Positions 11,996 to 23,530 of a stretch of DNA of 64,000 bases are shown here, piece by piece. The notes under the pieces are model-generated. The model made no database searches. It saw only the letters and a program-made list of their open reading frames with translations, and had not been told where the DNA came from. The first letter of the stretch is position 1, and each line of letters starts with the position of its first letter. The position numbers were made by a program, and so were the translations under genes. This stretch comes from Octopus sinensis (Eukaryota): NCBI RefSeq assembly GCF_006345805.1, contig NC_043014.1:30380001-30444000 (forward strand), in the 5' to 3' direction.

Positions 11996-14433
11996 CTGAA
12001 ATGAAACAAACATCAGTTATGACACCATTTAGCAGAAGATAAAAAAAAATATTACTGATATCTGATAGCAACTGAATATTGATATCAGGATTGACGGCAA
12101 TCTTACACACATCACGTCACTCACTGATGAACTTTCAAGGCAGAAACAACCCCAGCATAATTTGAACTGATAAATCATCATCATCATTTAACATCCATTT
12201 TCCATGTTGGCATGGGTTAGATGATTTGATCAGATCTGGTAAGGCCATGGTTTCTATGGATTGATGCCCTTCCTAACACCAACCACTCCACAGAATAAAC
12301 TAGGTGCTTTTTATGTGGCACCAGCACCGGTATCAATTCTGCTGTAGTGGACGGACGGATCTTCTTGAGTACAGCAATGTGCTAGATATCTCAGTCCATA
12401 ACTAAATTAAGTGGTTTGTCCATCATTCCACTGATTCTTTCATTCACAGCTCTCCTTTCCACACTCATTATCATATTTTGTTTTAACAGAAGTCAGTGAA
12501 GGAGAAGGTGCAGACCCCACTCTCAGATTGATGCCCAACTTGAAGATCTAAAGGCCAATTTTTGCAGTAAAAAACAATGGTGAGTAGTGAATGATTGCAA
12601 TCTGATGCAAAATTGACCTCAGCAGGATTTGAATTCAGCAAAAACGAGGTCCAGTCAAGCTTTCTCCCACAACTTATCTTCTAATACCCATTCCTTCATC
12701 AATCTTCTAACTACAGTGTTACTCACCCAGGTGCTGTCAATGATATCATTGTCCTCCAACACTAAGGTGTAGAGCTGGCAGGGTCGTTAGCACACCAGAC
12801 AAAATGCTTAGTGGAATTTCATCCAGCTTTATGTTCCAAGTTCAAATTTGCCTTTCATTCTTTTGGGGTTGATGTAATCGACTTAACCCCTCTCTCAAAA
12901 TTACTGGTCTTGTGCCAAAATTTGAAACCATTTGGTGATACATAAAAGGCACTTGTGCCAGTGACAAGTAGAAGGCACCCATGCCAGTGACACATAGAAG
13001 TCACCAACTACACTTTATGAAGTGGTTGGCATTAGGAAGGGCATCCAGCTGTAGAACCTAAGCCAAAACAGATGAGAGCCTGGTGCAACTCTCCAGCTTA
13101 CCAATCCCAATCAAACCATCTAACCTGTATTAGCATGGAGAGCAGATGCAAAGTGACAATGATGATGATGATGATATCATCTAACACTTCACATTGTATC
13201 TCTATTACTGTCCCTTATCACCTCCTCTTCATCTATGACCCACTCCTATTTCCTTCACTTCCCCCCAAACCAATATTCAATTTATCCATCAATTTCCATC
13301 TGTAGTCATCTGTCACACTCTTTCCATACTCTTGCAAGCTAACCTGTCCACCAACTTTTTTTGTTTCTCTATCCCTTTTCTCTCTTTCATATTCACCTTC
13401 TACCTTGAGGGTATGCCCTCACCACCTCTCTCTCTCTCTCTCTCTTGCACACTCTCTTTCCAACTGGGAGAGTCATGTACTCTCCTCTTCAGCAAGACAT
13501 CTTTTTATTCCCTCTATCATACTTTCACTTCCTTCAATAATACCTTATTCAGTCAAGGGTGTCTTGTCATGCAAACACTTGGTACTAATGAAGAAAGTGC
13601 CTTGCACACTCTAATACATTCATTGGCATTAGAAAAAATATCCATTTGTAGAAACCATGCAAAGCAGTCATTGAAGTTTGGTGCAGTTCGCTGACTCATT
13701 AGTACCTGTTGAACTGTCCCACCTGTACAATATGGAAAATAGACATCATCAATGATGATGATGAATGCAAAGGGTCATAACTACAGTATTTTGACAACTT
13801 ATAAGGGGCACATATAAAAAGTATCCCATAAAATCTTCCTGTGTCTTATCAATACAAGGCCAGGATTTAAGTTACTGGCAAGCAGTGGCACAAGAAAGAG
13901 TTTCTGAAACTTGAGGTGAACATTATAAGCTATTAGATATGGTAAATACCACAAGGAATCTTAGCTATCAGTCTACTTATTTCTCCAATTCACTATTAAT
14001 AATAATTCATCATATAAATATATATAAACCATCATCATCATCAATTAATATATTTATATATATATATATATATATACTCTTACTCTTTTACTTGTTTCAG
14101 TAATTTGAGTGCGGCCATGCTGGAGCACCGCCTTTAGTCGGGAAATTGCCCCCAGGACTCATTCTTTTGGTCTCTTTTGCCGAACCGCTAAGTTGCGGGG
14201 ACGTAAATACACCACCATCAGTTGTCAAGCAAAGTGGGGGGGGACAAACATTATACACACACACATACATATATATATATATACATATATACGACGGGCT
14301 TCTTTCAGTTTCCGTCTACCAAATCCACTCACAAGGCTTTGGTCAGCCCGAGGCTATAGTAGAAGACACTAGCACCCAAAGTGCCACGCAGTGGGACTGA
14401 ACCCAGAACCATAAATATATATATATATAAATA

Positions 14434-15119
14434 TGTGGTCTGATGAATAAGTATCCAGACTGTTGCCATAGTAACAAAGCTAAAACACATAGATTGAAGC
14501 CGCTTGGCACAGATTGACCTTGAACTCTGCTGTGCATGTGCACTAAGTTTTAATGTTCTAGCTCACTTCCACTGTTTACATTTGGGAGACTCACAACCAG
14601 TAGAACTGAGAAAAACATTGCAGATATGCATGCAGCAGCAAGGGGAAATCATTGACTCACCATCTGTGATTTATCAGGGAATATGCAGATTAGTTACGGT
14701 TCAGTTCAGTCCACAATCACTGAAGATTTGGGTATCAGAAATGTGTCTGCGAAGTTTGTGCCAAAACTGCTTTCAGCTGACCAAAAAGACACACGGGTTC
14801 CAGTTGCACAAGATCTCCTTGATTGTGTCAAGAATGATGAAAACTTATAGAAAACTTTGTGTAGGCCTCTGAGCAGGTATCACCAAGCTTTTGACAAAAT
14901 TTGATGCAGATTCTCTGCTCATCTTTCTCTGTCATGGTCAATGTGATGATCACACGCTACACACCTCCCTTCCAAGCACTGCTGTAAACAACAGCAGTGA
15001 GCTAGAATGTTAAAACTTAGAGTGCATGCACAGCAGAGTTCAAGGTCAATCTGTGCTAAGTGGCTTTATTCTGTGCTTTAGCTTCACTACTATGACAACA
15101 GTCCAGATACTTATAGACA
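14434..15119 (+). mobile_element. Internally deleted mariner element with ~110 bp inverted termini
   Basis: ataagtatccagactg...ttgaccttgaactctgctgtgcatg is mirrored at 15030-15114. Relic peptide EDLGIRNVSAKFVPKLLSADQK is a WVPHEL-type motif. TA at the left end. Confidence 0.8.
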
Positions 15120-15127
15120 TATATATA

Positions 15128-15158
<31 letters not shown>

Positions 15159-15645
15159 CATCATCATCATCATCGTTTAACGTCCGTTTTCCGCGCTAGC
15201 ACGGGTTGGACGGTTCAACCGGGGTCTGGGAAGCCTGGGGCTGCTCCAGGCTCCAGTCTGATCTGGCAGAGTTGTTGTGTTGTAAGAAGCTTGCTTCCAA
15301 ACCACATATGGCTCTATCTTCATTTCCACTGTCTGGAACCTTGGTCAAGTGTCTTCTACTATAGCCTCGGGCCCAACAAAGCCTTGTGAATGAATTTGGT
15401 AGATAGAAGCTGAAAGAAGCCTCTTTTGTGTGTGTGTATATGTGTGTACATGTCTGTTTGTCTTCCACCAACTCCTGACAGCCAATGTTGGTGTGTTTAT
15501 GTCCCCATAACTTAGTGGTTTGGCAAAAGGACAGAATAAGTACCAGGCTTAAAAAATAAGAAATACGGGAATTGATTCATTCAACTAAAAATTCTTCAAA
15601 GTGGTGCCCCAACATGGCCATAGTCCAACTAAAACAAATAGAAGG

Positions 15646-15697
<52 letters not shown>

Positions 15698-15728
15698 CTA
15701 TATATATCCAATTGTTCAAAGTACTCAC

Positions 15729-15795
15729 CTTCTTCAGTTGGTTGATAATTTTCATCAAATGTTTCTTCGAGGATAATTTGGTTTTGAGTGGACAT
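15729..15795 (-). CDS. CEP164: CEP164-like gene, first coding exon (MSTQNQIILEETFDENYQPTEE+G)
   Basis: ATG at 15795-15793. Peptide resembles the CEP164 N-terminus (QLVLEEDYDETYIPSEQE). Consensus donor G|GTGAGT at 15728, phase 1, matching the next exon. Confidence 0.9.
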
Positions 15796-16487
15796 TTTGA
15801 CGCAAATTTACAAAAAAAAAAAAAAGTCCAACAATGTCTGTTATAAAAAATACCTAAAATAAAAGAATAATAAAAAGAAATTACAACTATTACTTTTGCC
15901 ATGGGTGTTGTTATTGTTGTGGTAGCTACTGGTGAAAAAAAAATGTATTTCTAAGATTACATGTAGAAGTAACTACAACACTCACAAACAATTAACAGAA
16001 GCTTTATTCAATGCACATAGTGTTTTCTATGTTGCTCTTTTGACAAAAACAGCAACAATTATGCACAGGGAGAGACATACTACTGAGATCTATTGGTATA
16101 CCAATTGTGGTTGGCCCATCACAACTAGAAAATAGTCACTTTTCATTCATGACAACAAATTCTGTGCCTTCTATCTGCCAACAGCTGATGATGGAATGAG
16201 AATGGAAACATCATGTAGCAATCTCATGATTCTGGGGTTACCACCAAAAACCACTATCATATAGGGTTCAATAAGAAGGTTCTAGAAAGCTGAATTATGT
16301 GCGGGCTTGACACTGATTGGTCAGTGATACTACTGTGACTTAGTTGTGATGTCTATTTAGCTATTTAGTGATTTGGTTTCAAATCCACTACAAGTAGCCT
16401 CCTCCTAGTTCTGCATGAAATGTAAGAGAATGTCATATAAAAAGAGAAAGAATGACCAACAGATGTACAAAAAGAAAAAGAAGGAAA

Positions 16488-16522
16488 AGTTGTGGTGCAC
16501 CTGAGCACTTTATACAATAATT

Positions 16523-16556
<34 letters not shown>
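16488..16556 (+). mobile_element. Extreme 3' fragment of the CR1-type LINE
   Basis: gttgtggtgcacctgagcact followed by (ATT)n. Confidence 0.7.
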
Positions 16557-16557
<1 letters not shown>

Positions 16558-17604
16558 CATTGAATACTAAAAAGTTGAGGAATTTTATTTTAATTTACTT
16601 TTGTTTCCCATCTCTTTCTGACTCCTGTCTAGCACTTCCTCCCCATCAATGACAATTTACTTTTATATCATACACACATACACAAATGACACAGTTCACC
16701 ACTAGCCACTGTTGAAGCCCCTATACTGTTACTTGACTCGCTAGAAATAGCAGCAAAATCTAACACAAGCCACACCCTGCCATCTTAACCCTTTAGCATT
16801 TAAACTGACCACATCAGATTCAGATATCCTACCTATGTTATGTTCAAACTGGCTAGATCCAGCCTTTCACACCTACCCTACTATGTCATTTTAATAAATT
16901 AAAAAAATAAATAATCACATCATCAAAATCTTGAAGCTACAAGATAATGCATGATTAATCATATTTGATTTTCAAGACATGGCGACCTGGCAGCTGGAGT
17001 CTTAGAGTAGCTGTCCACCGAAGTTCCATATAATATGGGAATGAAAAAGGAAAAGGAGGAAAATACAATGTTACTAAAACAAAGACACATTCACAAGTAG
17101 ACAAACAAATGGTTTGATTAGGGTATAATCAATTTGGCGAGGAAACTAAAGAGAAAATATTACGACGATGACCACCACAGATCTACAATGGAAGAATTCA
17201 CCACGTGTAGTTGAGGGTAAAAGAAATCGTTGAACGACAGTAAGTACGTCCAAAATTTATAAAGCAGTGACATACATACATACATAGATACTTGTAGCAC
17301 ACATGTATATACGTGCAGAGTGAAAATAAATCACACTATTTAATGTGACGGACTACACTGCAAAAAAATCAAAAATTTCATTTCTGTTTACAAACTTTCT
17401 CCGTGTCTATACGCACAAATACTTTTATGTATACACACGCAATATTTAAGAAAAAAAGGAATATACACAAAAAAGAACGAAACATGTGTATATACACACG
17501 CAATATTTAAGAACAAGGAATATACACAAAAAAGAACGAATCAAAAACAAATATTTTATATTTTACTTTTATCGTATTGTTGTTTACATTTTCTGTCTCT
17601 ACGG

Positions 17605-17996
17605 ATGACCAGAACCAACAGAATCGCCATGGTGAAATCCATAGCGGCGTGCGATAAGACTGGTCGCTGCTCTAAAATAGAACACTGCCCAGAAAATCAC
17701 ACCTGCCACATCTGTACGGAACCCGAAAATACGTTCCGTAATCGCTGGGTCGAATGTGGGACATGTCTCATCTCTGTCTGCCTCCAATGTGCCACGGACT
17801 TTCAGAAGATCCCAGGCCAAAAAAGAGCCATCATAATGCTATGATGGATAGACTCTGGAAGATGGTTCAGCTTAAATCTTGGACTTTTCAGTGTCAGGCC
17901 TGCGTGCCTCCACAACCGACGATTGTGTCTCCCCCTGCCACTCCCGTGGAGGAGGCGGAACAGCACAGCAGCAACAACAAAATCAACCACAACCAG

Positions 17997-18031
<35 letters not shown>

Positions 18032-18796
18032 AATCAACCACAACCAGAGCAGCAGCAACAACAAAATCAACCACAACCAGAGCAGCAGCAACAACAACAT
18101 CAACAACAACAACAGCAACAACAAAATCAACCACAACCAGAGCAACAGCAGCAACAACAACAACACCAATTGACCAGTGCGGTTCTTGCAGAACTGCAAC
18201 AATCGATCTGTGCTTTAAAAGGGGAAGTAGCAGGAATAAAAGCAACCATTCAGGTTGGACTCCACAATGAGGGGTCTTATCGGAATGCTCTGCTAAAGAA
18301 CCTCCCTGTACCTGTACCTCTTGTCGCATTTAAGACCGCGGATTCTGCCACCCATGAAGTCATTGCCATTGGGGTGCCAGAAGACATGGCTGATCTTCAG
18401 GCTTTTGCTGCCAACTCAGCCAAAGACCTAGGCTGCGTTCCCCCAATGGGTGCTATCCGCCTTGGACGACCTGGCCCAAAACCTAGGCTCATCAAGTTGT
18501 CTTTTACGGACCCCACTGAGGCAACCTCTTACCATCTGGCCTCAGTTAAAGCTGGGCGGGAAAATCGGACCACCTTCCGAACACGCCCAGGCTTACCGTC
18601 CGATGTACGCCCGAAGCTACGTGTAGTGGCTTCCCTGAATAGGAACTCAGCTCTACAGGAAAGCTTCAGTCTTCGGGAAGATGGACAAATCTGGAGATTT
18701 GTCAAGACTGCTGAAACGTGGAAGAGAGATACCAGCTGGTCTGAGTGCTCTCTACCCACAATAACTAAAAAGACTACAGCAACTCAGGGAAACTAA
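17605..18796 (+). CDS. LINE ORF1: PHD-like zinc finger, poly-Q/QPQPE repeat, coiled coil, RLG..PRLIK region; two 1-nt frameshifts
   Basis: Stitches track ORFs 17605, 17754 and 17879. Cys pattern CHIC..CGTC..CLQC..WTFQCQAC. RLGRPGPKPRLIKLSF is typical of CR1-type ORF1. Confidence 0.75.
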
Positions 18797-18852
18797 GCCA
18801 GAACAACCTGCCATCCTCTACACACCATCATAAACTGCGAGCAGGGTACAAA

Positions 18853-21599
18853 TTGTTGTCCTTAAATGCTCGCAGTTTATGCAACAAAATACATTTGTTC
18901 AACGCCTACGTCAGAAGTGTTGACCCTGACTTCATCACTGTCACGGAAACATGGGCGCATTCCTTACTCTGTGATGGGGTTTTCAACATTACGGGGTACA
19001 ACCTCTTCCGTAAGGACCGCACTAACCGCCGTGGTGGTGGTGTGATGGTCTACGTTCGTTCAAATTTTTTGGTAATTCCTTGTGCCGATTTGAACGAATC
19101 ACAAGAAGTTTTTTTTCTGTGACGTGCGTATGACCATGTCAACACTCCTGCTTGGCGTTGTTTATCGTCCCCCAAGTTACCATCGGGACACACAGCTTTG
19201 CAATGTCCTCCGAGCTGCTGCCAGGAAAACAGCCACTTATGTGTTTATTGCAGGCGATTTCAATCATCCTGAGATCGATTGGGAGACCTTCCATTGGCCA
19301 CAGAGTGCAAACGATTTTGTTGAGCTTGTGCTGGACTCAAACTGGTCACAAGTAGTCACCTCTCCAACAAGAGGCGACAACACCTTGGACCTGCTCTTCA
19401 CCACAACTCCTGAAGCGGTTATCAATTGCACTACGGAGGAACCTCTAGGTGACTCTGATCATGCTATGATCATCGCCAATCTGGCTCTTGCGGGCAACAA
19501 AAACCTGAACCATCTCCAATCTGCTTCCTTCGATTGGAAGAGAGCAGATTGGAACCTGTACCACACTGAACTACAGCACCCAAACTGGCGTGAATTCTAC
19601 AACTCTGGAGATGTGAATACTATACTCCAGAGTATCCTGGACTCAATATGGGCAGCATGTGCAGCATCAGTGCCACGTAAACAAAAAAGAAGAACCGCCC
19701 CAAAAGGGCAATTTGGGAAACTTCAGCGGTCCGACTTGCCAGGAGGGAACGTCGGACTGCTGAACGGGAATACAGGTTGCATAAATCAGACACCAACAGA
19801 AGAAGCGGAATAAATCCTCCAACCATCTCAAGCAAGTGACAAAAAAAGCAGTGCTTGAATTTGAACAGTGCATAGCAGCCAATCCTGACAGCAAGGTTTT
19901 CTGGAAATATGTGCACTCAAAGCAGAGACCTCACTCTCCAGTGGGCCCTCTTCGCAACCCTCACACAAACCAGATCACTGACGACCCCAAGGAATGCGCA
20001 GAACTCATTGCCGAGTGCTATGCAAACATATTCACTGTTGAAAGTCAAAATGTACCATCTTCACCATCACTAACAGCAAACTCCATAACAACTATGGAAT
20101 TTACACCTGCAATGCTGCGACGTCACCTTCAAAATAAGCGCAACTATGCCTCCCCTGGTCTCGATGGAGTTACATACCTGCTTCTCAAACGTGGCAGGCA
20201 CTTCCTTTTACACCAGCTTTCTATTTTCTTCCAGTACTGTCTCAACAATGGTGCTACTCCGGAGCAGTGGAAAACTGCCAGTGTCATTCCTCTGTTCAAA
20301 AAGGGCGACCGCACATCACCTGTCAACTATCGCCCAGTCAGTCTCACTAGCTGTATTGCAAAACTGATGGAATCGTGTGTCAGAGAAACACTCTGGAACT
20401 TCTGGAGCTCTCACAGTCTCATCCGACCCTCACAATATGGATTTGTCCCTAACTCCAGCTGCAGTGACCAGCTTGTCGAGTTCCTTGAGGACATTACTCA
20501 GATTACTGACAGTGGCTCATGGGTGGATGTTGTCTACCTTGACTTTGCTAAGGCTTTCAACTCTGTGCCACACAAAAGGCTTATGGTGAAACTCTCTGCA
20601 ATGGGTGTGGGGGATGACCATTTTAACTGGTTGAAATCCTTCATCCTCAGCCGAAAGGAGGTAGTCACAGTTCTAGGACAGCACTCTACACCATATGAGA
20701 TGTCATCGGGTGTACCACAGGGATCTGTCCTTGGCCCCCTCTTGTTTGTGGCATACATTAACGACATAGATGCCAATTTAAAGAATGCCACAGTATTGAA
20801 ATATGCAGACGACATCAAGCTGTACCTTGAAATCAAGAGGACAGATCCTGATGTCTACAACTCTTTCCTGCAATCAGACCTAGACACAATGCAGCAATGG
20901 ATCACAGACTGGCAACTGAAACTGGCTGTGGACAAGTGTACCACCATGCATTTTGGGAGAAAAAACCCTGCGTTCACATACTCCCTCCACAACACTGATA
21001 TCAAGAAATCCTCTTGCGAGCGTGACCTAGGCATCACTGTCAGCAGTGATCTGCGTTGGTCAAAGCATATCTCTAAGATTGTCAGGAAGGCCGAGGGTGT
21101 CTTGGCATCACTCAGCAGGTCTTTTGTTAGCCGCTCTCCAGCCATCTATTTAAAACTGTATACAGCTATGGTACGACCACACTTGGAATTCGCATCATCA
21201 GTTTGGAACCCCTATCTTGCACAGAACATTGACCTCCTGGAATCTGTCCAGAGACGTGCAACCATCAGACACCTACCATATTCTGAGCGCCTTGTTTCCC
21301 TGGGCATGGATTCACTGAAGCTCCGGCGTTTGGCGACGGACTTGGTAAACACCCACAAAGTTATCAACCACCTCACCAACAACAACACTGAACACCTTTT
21401 TGATCTCCATGTGTCTAACACACGTGGACATGCCTACAAAGTCAGAAAACAATACAGCTCCCATGACTTTCGGAAACATTTTTTCACGCTCAGAGTTGCT
21501 GAAGCATGGAATAAACTGCCTGCGTCAGTTGTTGACTGCCATGACACTGCATCTTTTAAGGCCCTCATGCTTTCCGAAATCCGCCGAAACTTCACCTGA
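18853..21599 (+). CDS. LINE ORF2: APE endonuclease plus reverse transcriptase; three 1-nt frameshifts
   Basis: APE motifs LNARS, TETW, VYRPP, GDFN, LDL, SDH. RT motifs YRPVSLT, LDFAKAFNSV, GVPQGSVLGP, YADD. Confidence 0.95.
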
Positions 21600-21648
21600 T
21601 TATATATACACTTTAGATGAGTTGTAGTGCACCTGAGCACTGTACACA

Positions 21649-21681
<33 letters not shown>

Positions 21682-21879
21682 TCAAAACAATGTGAATAAA
21701 TAAGGATTACATTTGATAGAGAAATCTGAATGTGGAAGGATTAAAAATAGGATATGAACAATAATGTAGTCTGAATATACCAAAAAGATAATCACAAATG
21801 GAAAGCCTTGGTTCATAAGTCTGCTAGATCAGGGCTGACCCAGGTCTAAACAGCAATAACAGCACAATTCCCCAATTCC

Positions 21880-22415
21880 TTAACCCTTTAGCATTTAAAC
21901 TGGCCATATCTGGCCCAAATATTCTACATGTTTTATATTCAACTGACCATATCTGGTCCAAATATTCTATCTGTTTTATATTCAACTGGCCATATCTGGT
22001 CCAAATATAATACCTGTTTTATATTCAACTGGCCAGATGCGATCTCTCATACCTAACCAACAATGTCATTCTAAAAATAAACAATCACATCATTGAAGTC
22101 TCGAAGCTACAAAATAATGCATGATTAATTCAAAGCAATATGAATATAAAAGCATTACATTTGAAAGAGTAATCTGAATACTGAAGGGTTAACCCTTTTG
22201 TTACCAACTCAGCTGAAACTGGCTCTGGCTCTGAATACAAATGTCTTGTTTTCAAAAGTTCTGAATTAAAATCTGTCACAAAATTCAGTCACAATTTATG
22301 TTCCTAACACTGGCTGAATGATAACCAAGTTATTTTACTAAATTCTATGTTATATTTTAAGTAATTGGAAGAAACACAGAGCATCTCAAAATAAATACAG
22401 TAACGAAAGGGTTAA
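21880..22415. mobile_element. Two piggyBac-like MITEs (families a and b) sharing TTAA at 22189-22192
   Basis: TTAA-CCCTT...AAGGG-TTAA-CCCTT...AAGGG-TTAA. Confidence 0.85.
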
Positions 22416-23042
22416 ACTTATATTTTTGCTGTTGTACATCAATTTCCTTAAGCATCATGGGTAGGATGCTTTTTGTTTTATTGCTAGAGTAGTTAAAACA
22501 GCTAAATAGCTACTTGTGATATGATATAATTAAACAACAGAGCCTTTATTTAGTCACTAGAGTTAAGTTCTTTTAAATCACCTTAATAGAAATGAAAAGG
22601 CACATTGAGCAGGTCGTAGCTATATGAAGAGAGATAACTGTCACAGATAGAAATGCCTCTGATTAATAGGTCTGCTTGTATCAGAGCTAACCACTTTTGA
22701 AGAAGAACAACACTGGAGGGACATGCTTATGAGAATCAAACTGAGGTAAACAGAGCTATGTGACTTATCCAGGAATACAACACATTTGCTATAGTAAGAT
22801 TTGAACTGATGGCAGTGTAGGTACTATTCTGTACCTTAATTTCACATGCAGTGCAGCAGCTCTAATTTATATGCTGCTTCTAAACTTAAAGTTCAGTCCA
22901 TGATATGCAAGGTGTTTGGGCTGCATTTGACAGTTTACATAAAGGGCAAAAAAAAAAAAAAAAAAAGCAATATCCCATCCAAAAATAAAAGTATTTTTAA
23001 AAAATCAAAAATATCAACAAGATTATGGCTGGGAGATGACAG

Positions 23043-23530
23043 TTAACTCAGAGTAGCTTCCCTCAACTTCCACCATAGCCTCAAGACAGCTCCAGAACCT
23101 GGCACATGAGAGCCCCCCCACTGTGCCCTGGGAAGATATTTGAACACCTCCTTCATCTTGGCCCCTAGCTTCACCTTGATGATGCAGGCAGAGTGGTTGA
23201 TGTCTTTCTCAACCACATCCCACATATTGTAATCCAAGGGATTACAATTGAGGGAATTAAGAGGTCAGAAGTTGGGGCTGGTGAAGTCATAGCAATTCTC
23301 TGACAACCACTTTTGACTCTTCCCAGAGGATGGCAAGGAGCCAAATCCTGCTACCACACATATGGCCTCCCAGCAAGAACCCTCTCCAACCAGGATTTGA
23401 CCACAGTCTCTAGCAGCTTTACATAGCTGTCTGAATTGAGCCTAAGGCCCTGTTCAAAGACATGGAGGTAGCAAGACATCACCCTCACTGGAGACACACC
23501 CAAAGACCATCACAATTATGGGGAACTTGG
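23043..23530 (-). mobile_element. Tc1/mariner DD37D (maT-like) transposase relic
   Basis: VMVFGCVSSEGDV..GRPYVW*QD.AP..FTSPNF*PLNSLNCNPLDY. Spacing is consistent with D37D after allowing for frameshifts. Confidence 0.7.

Larger units (their letters stand above)
16960..21675 (+). mobile_element. Full-length CR1/L2-clade LINE (5'UTR, ORF1, APE-RT ORF2, (ATT)n tail)
   Basis: ATTAAT duplicated at 16954-16959 and 21676-21681. The flanks rejoin into one MITE. Two-ORF layout and an (ATT)n tail. Confidence 0.92.
16785..21744. mobile_element. TTAA-flanked piggyBac-like MITE (family a) split by the LINE into 16785-16959 and 21676-21744
   Basis: TTAACCCTT left end. The two halves align to the intact copy at 21880-22192. 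Confidence 0.75.

Noticed and set aside
16184-16225. CTGATGA...GAAAC hammerhead candidate (similar partial hits at 12124 and 52591)
   Set aside because: Stems I/II do not pair at 16184 and 12124. The 52591 hit has a hairpin but lacks GAAA.
17802-18329. Antisense and alternative-frame ORFs (poly-V/A, poly-L, poly-T, poly-N)
   Set aside because: They are shadows of the CAG/CAA repeat in LINE ORF1.
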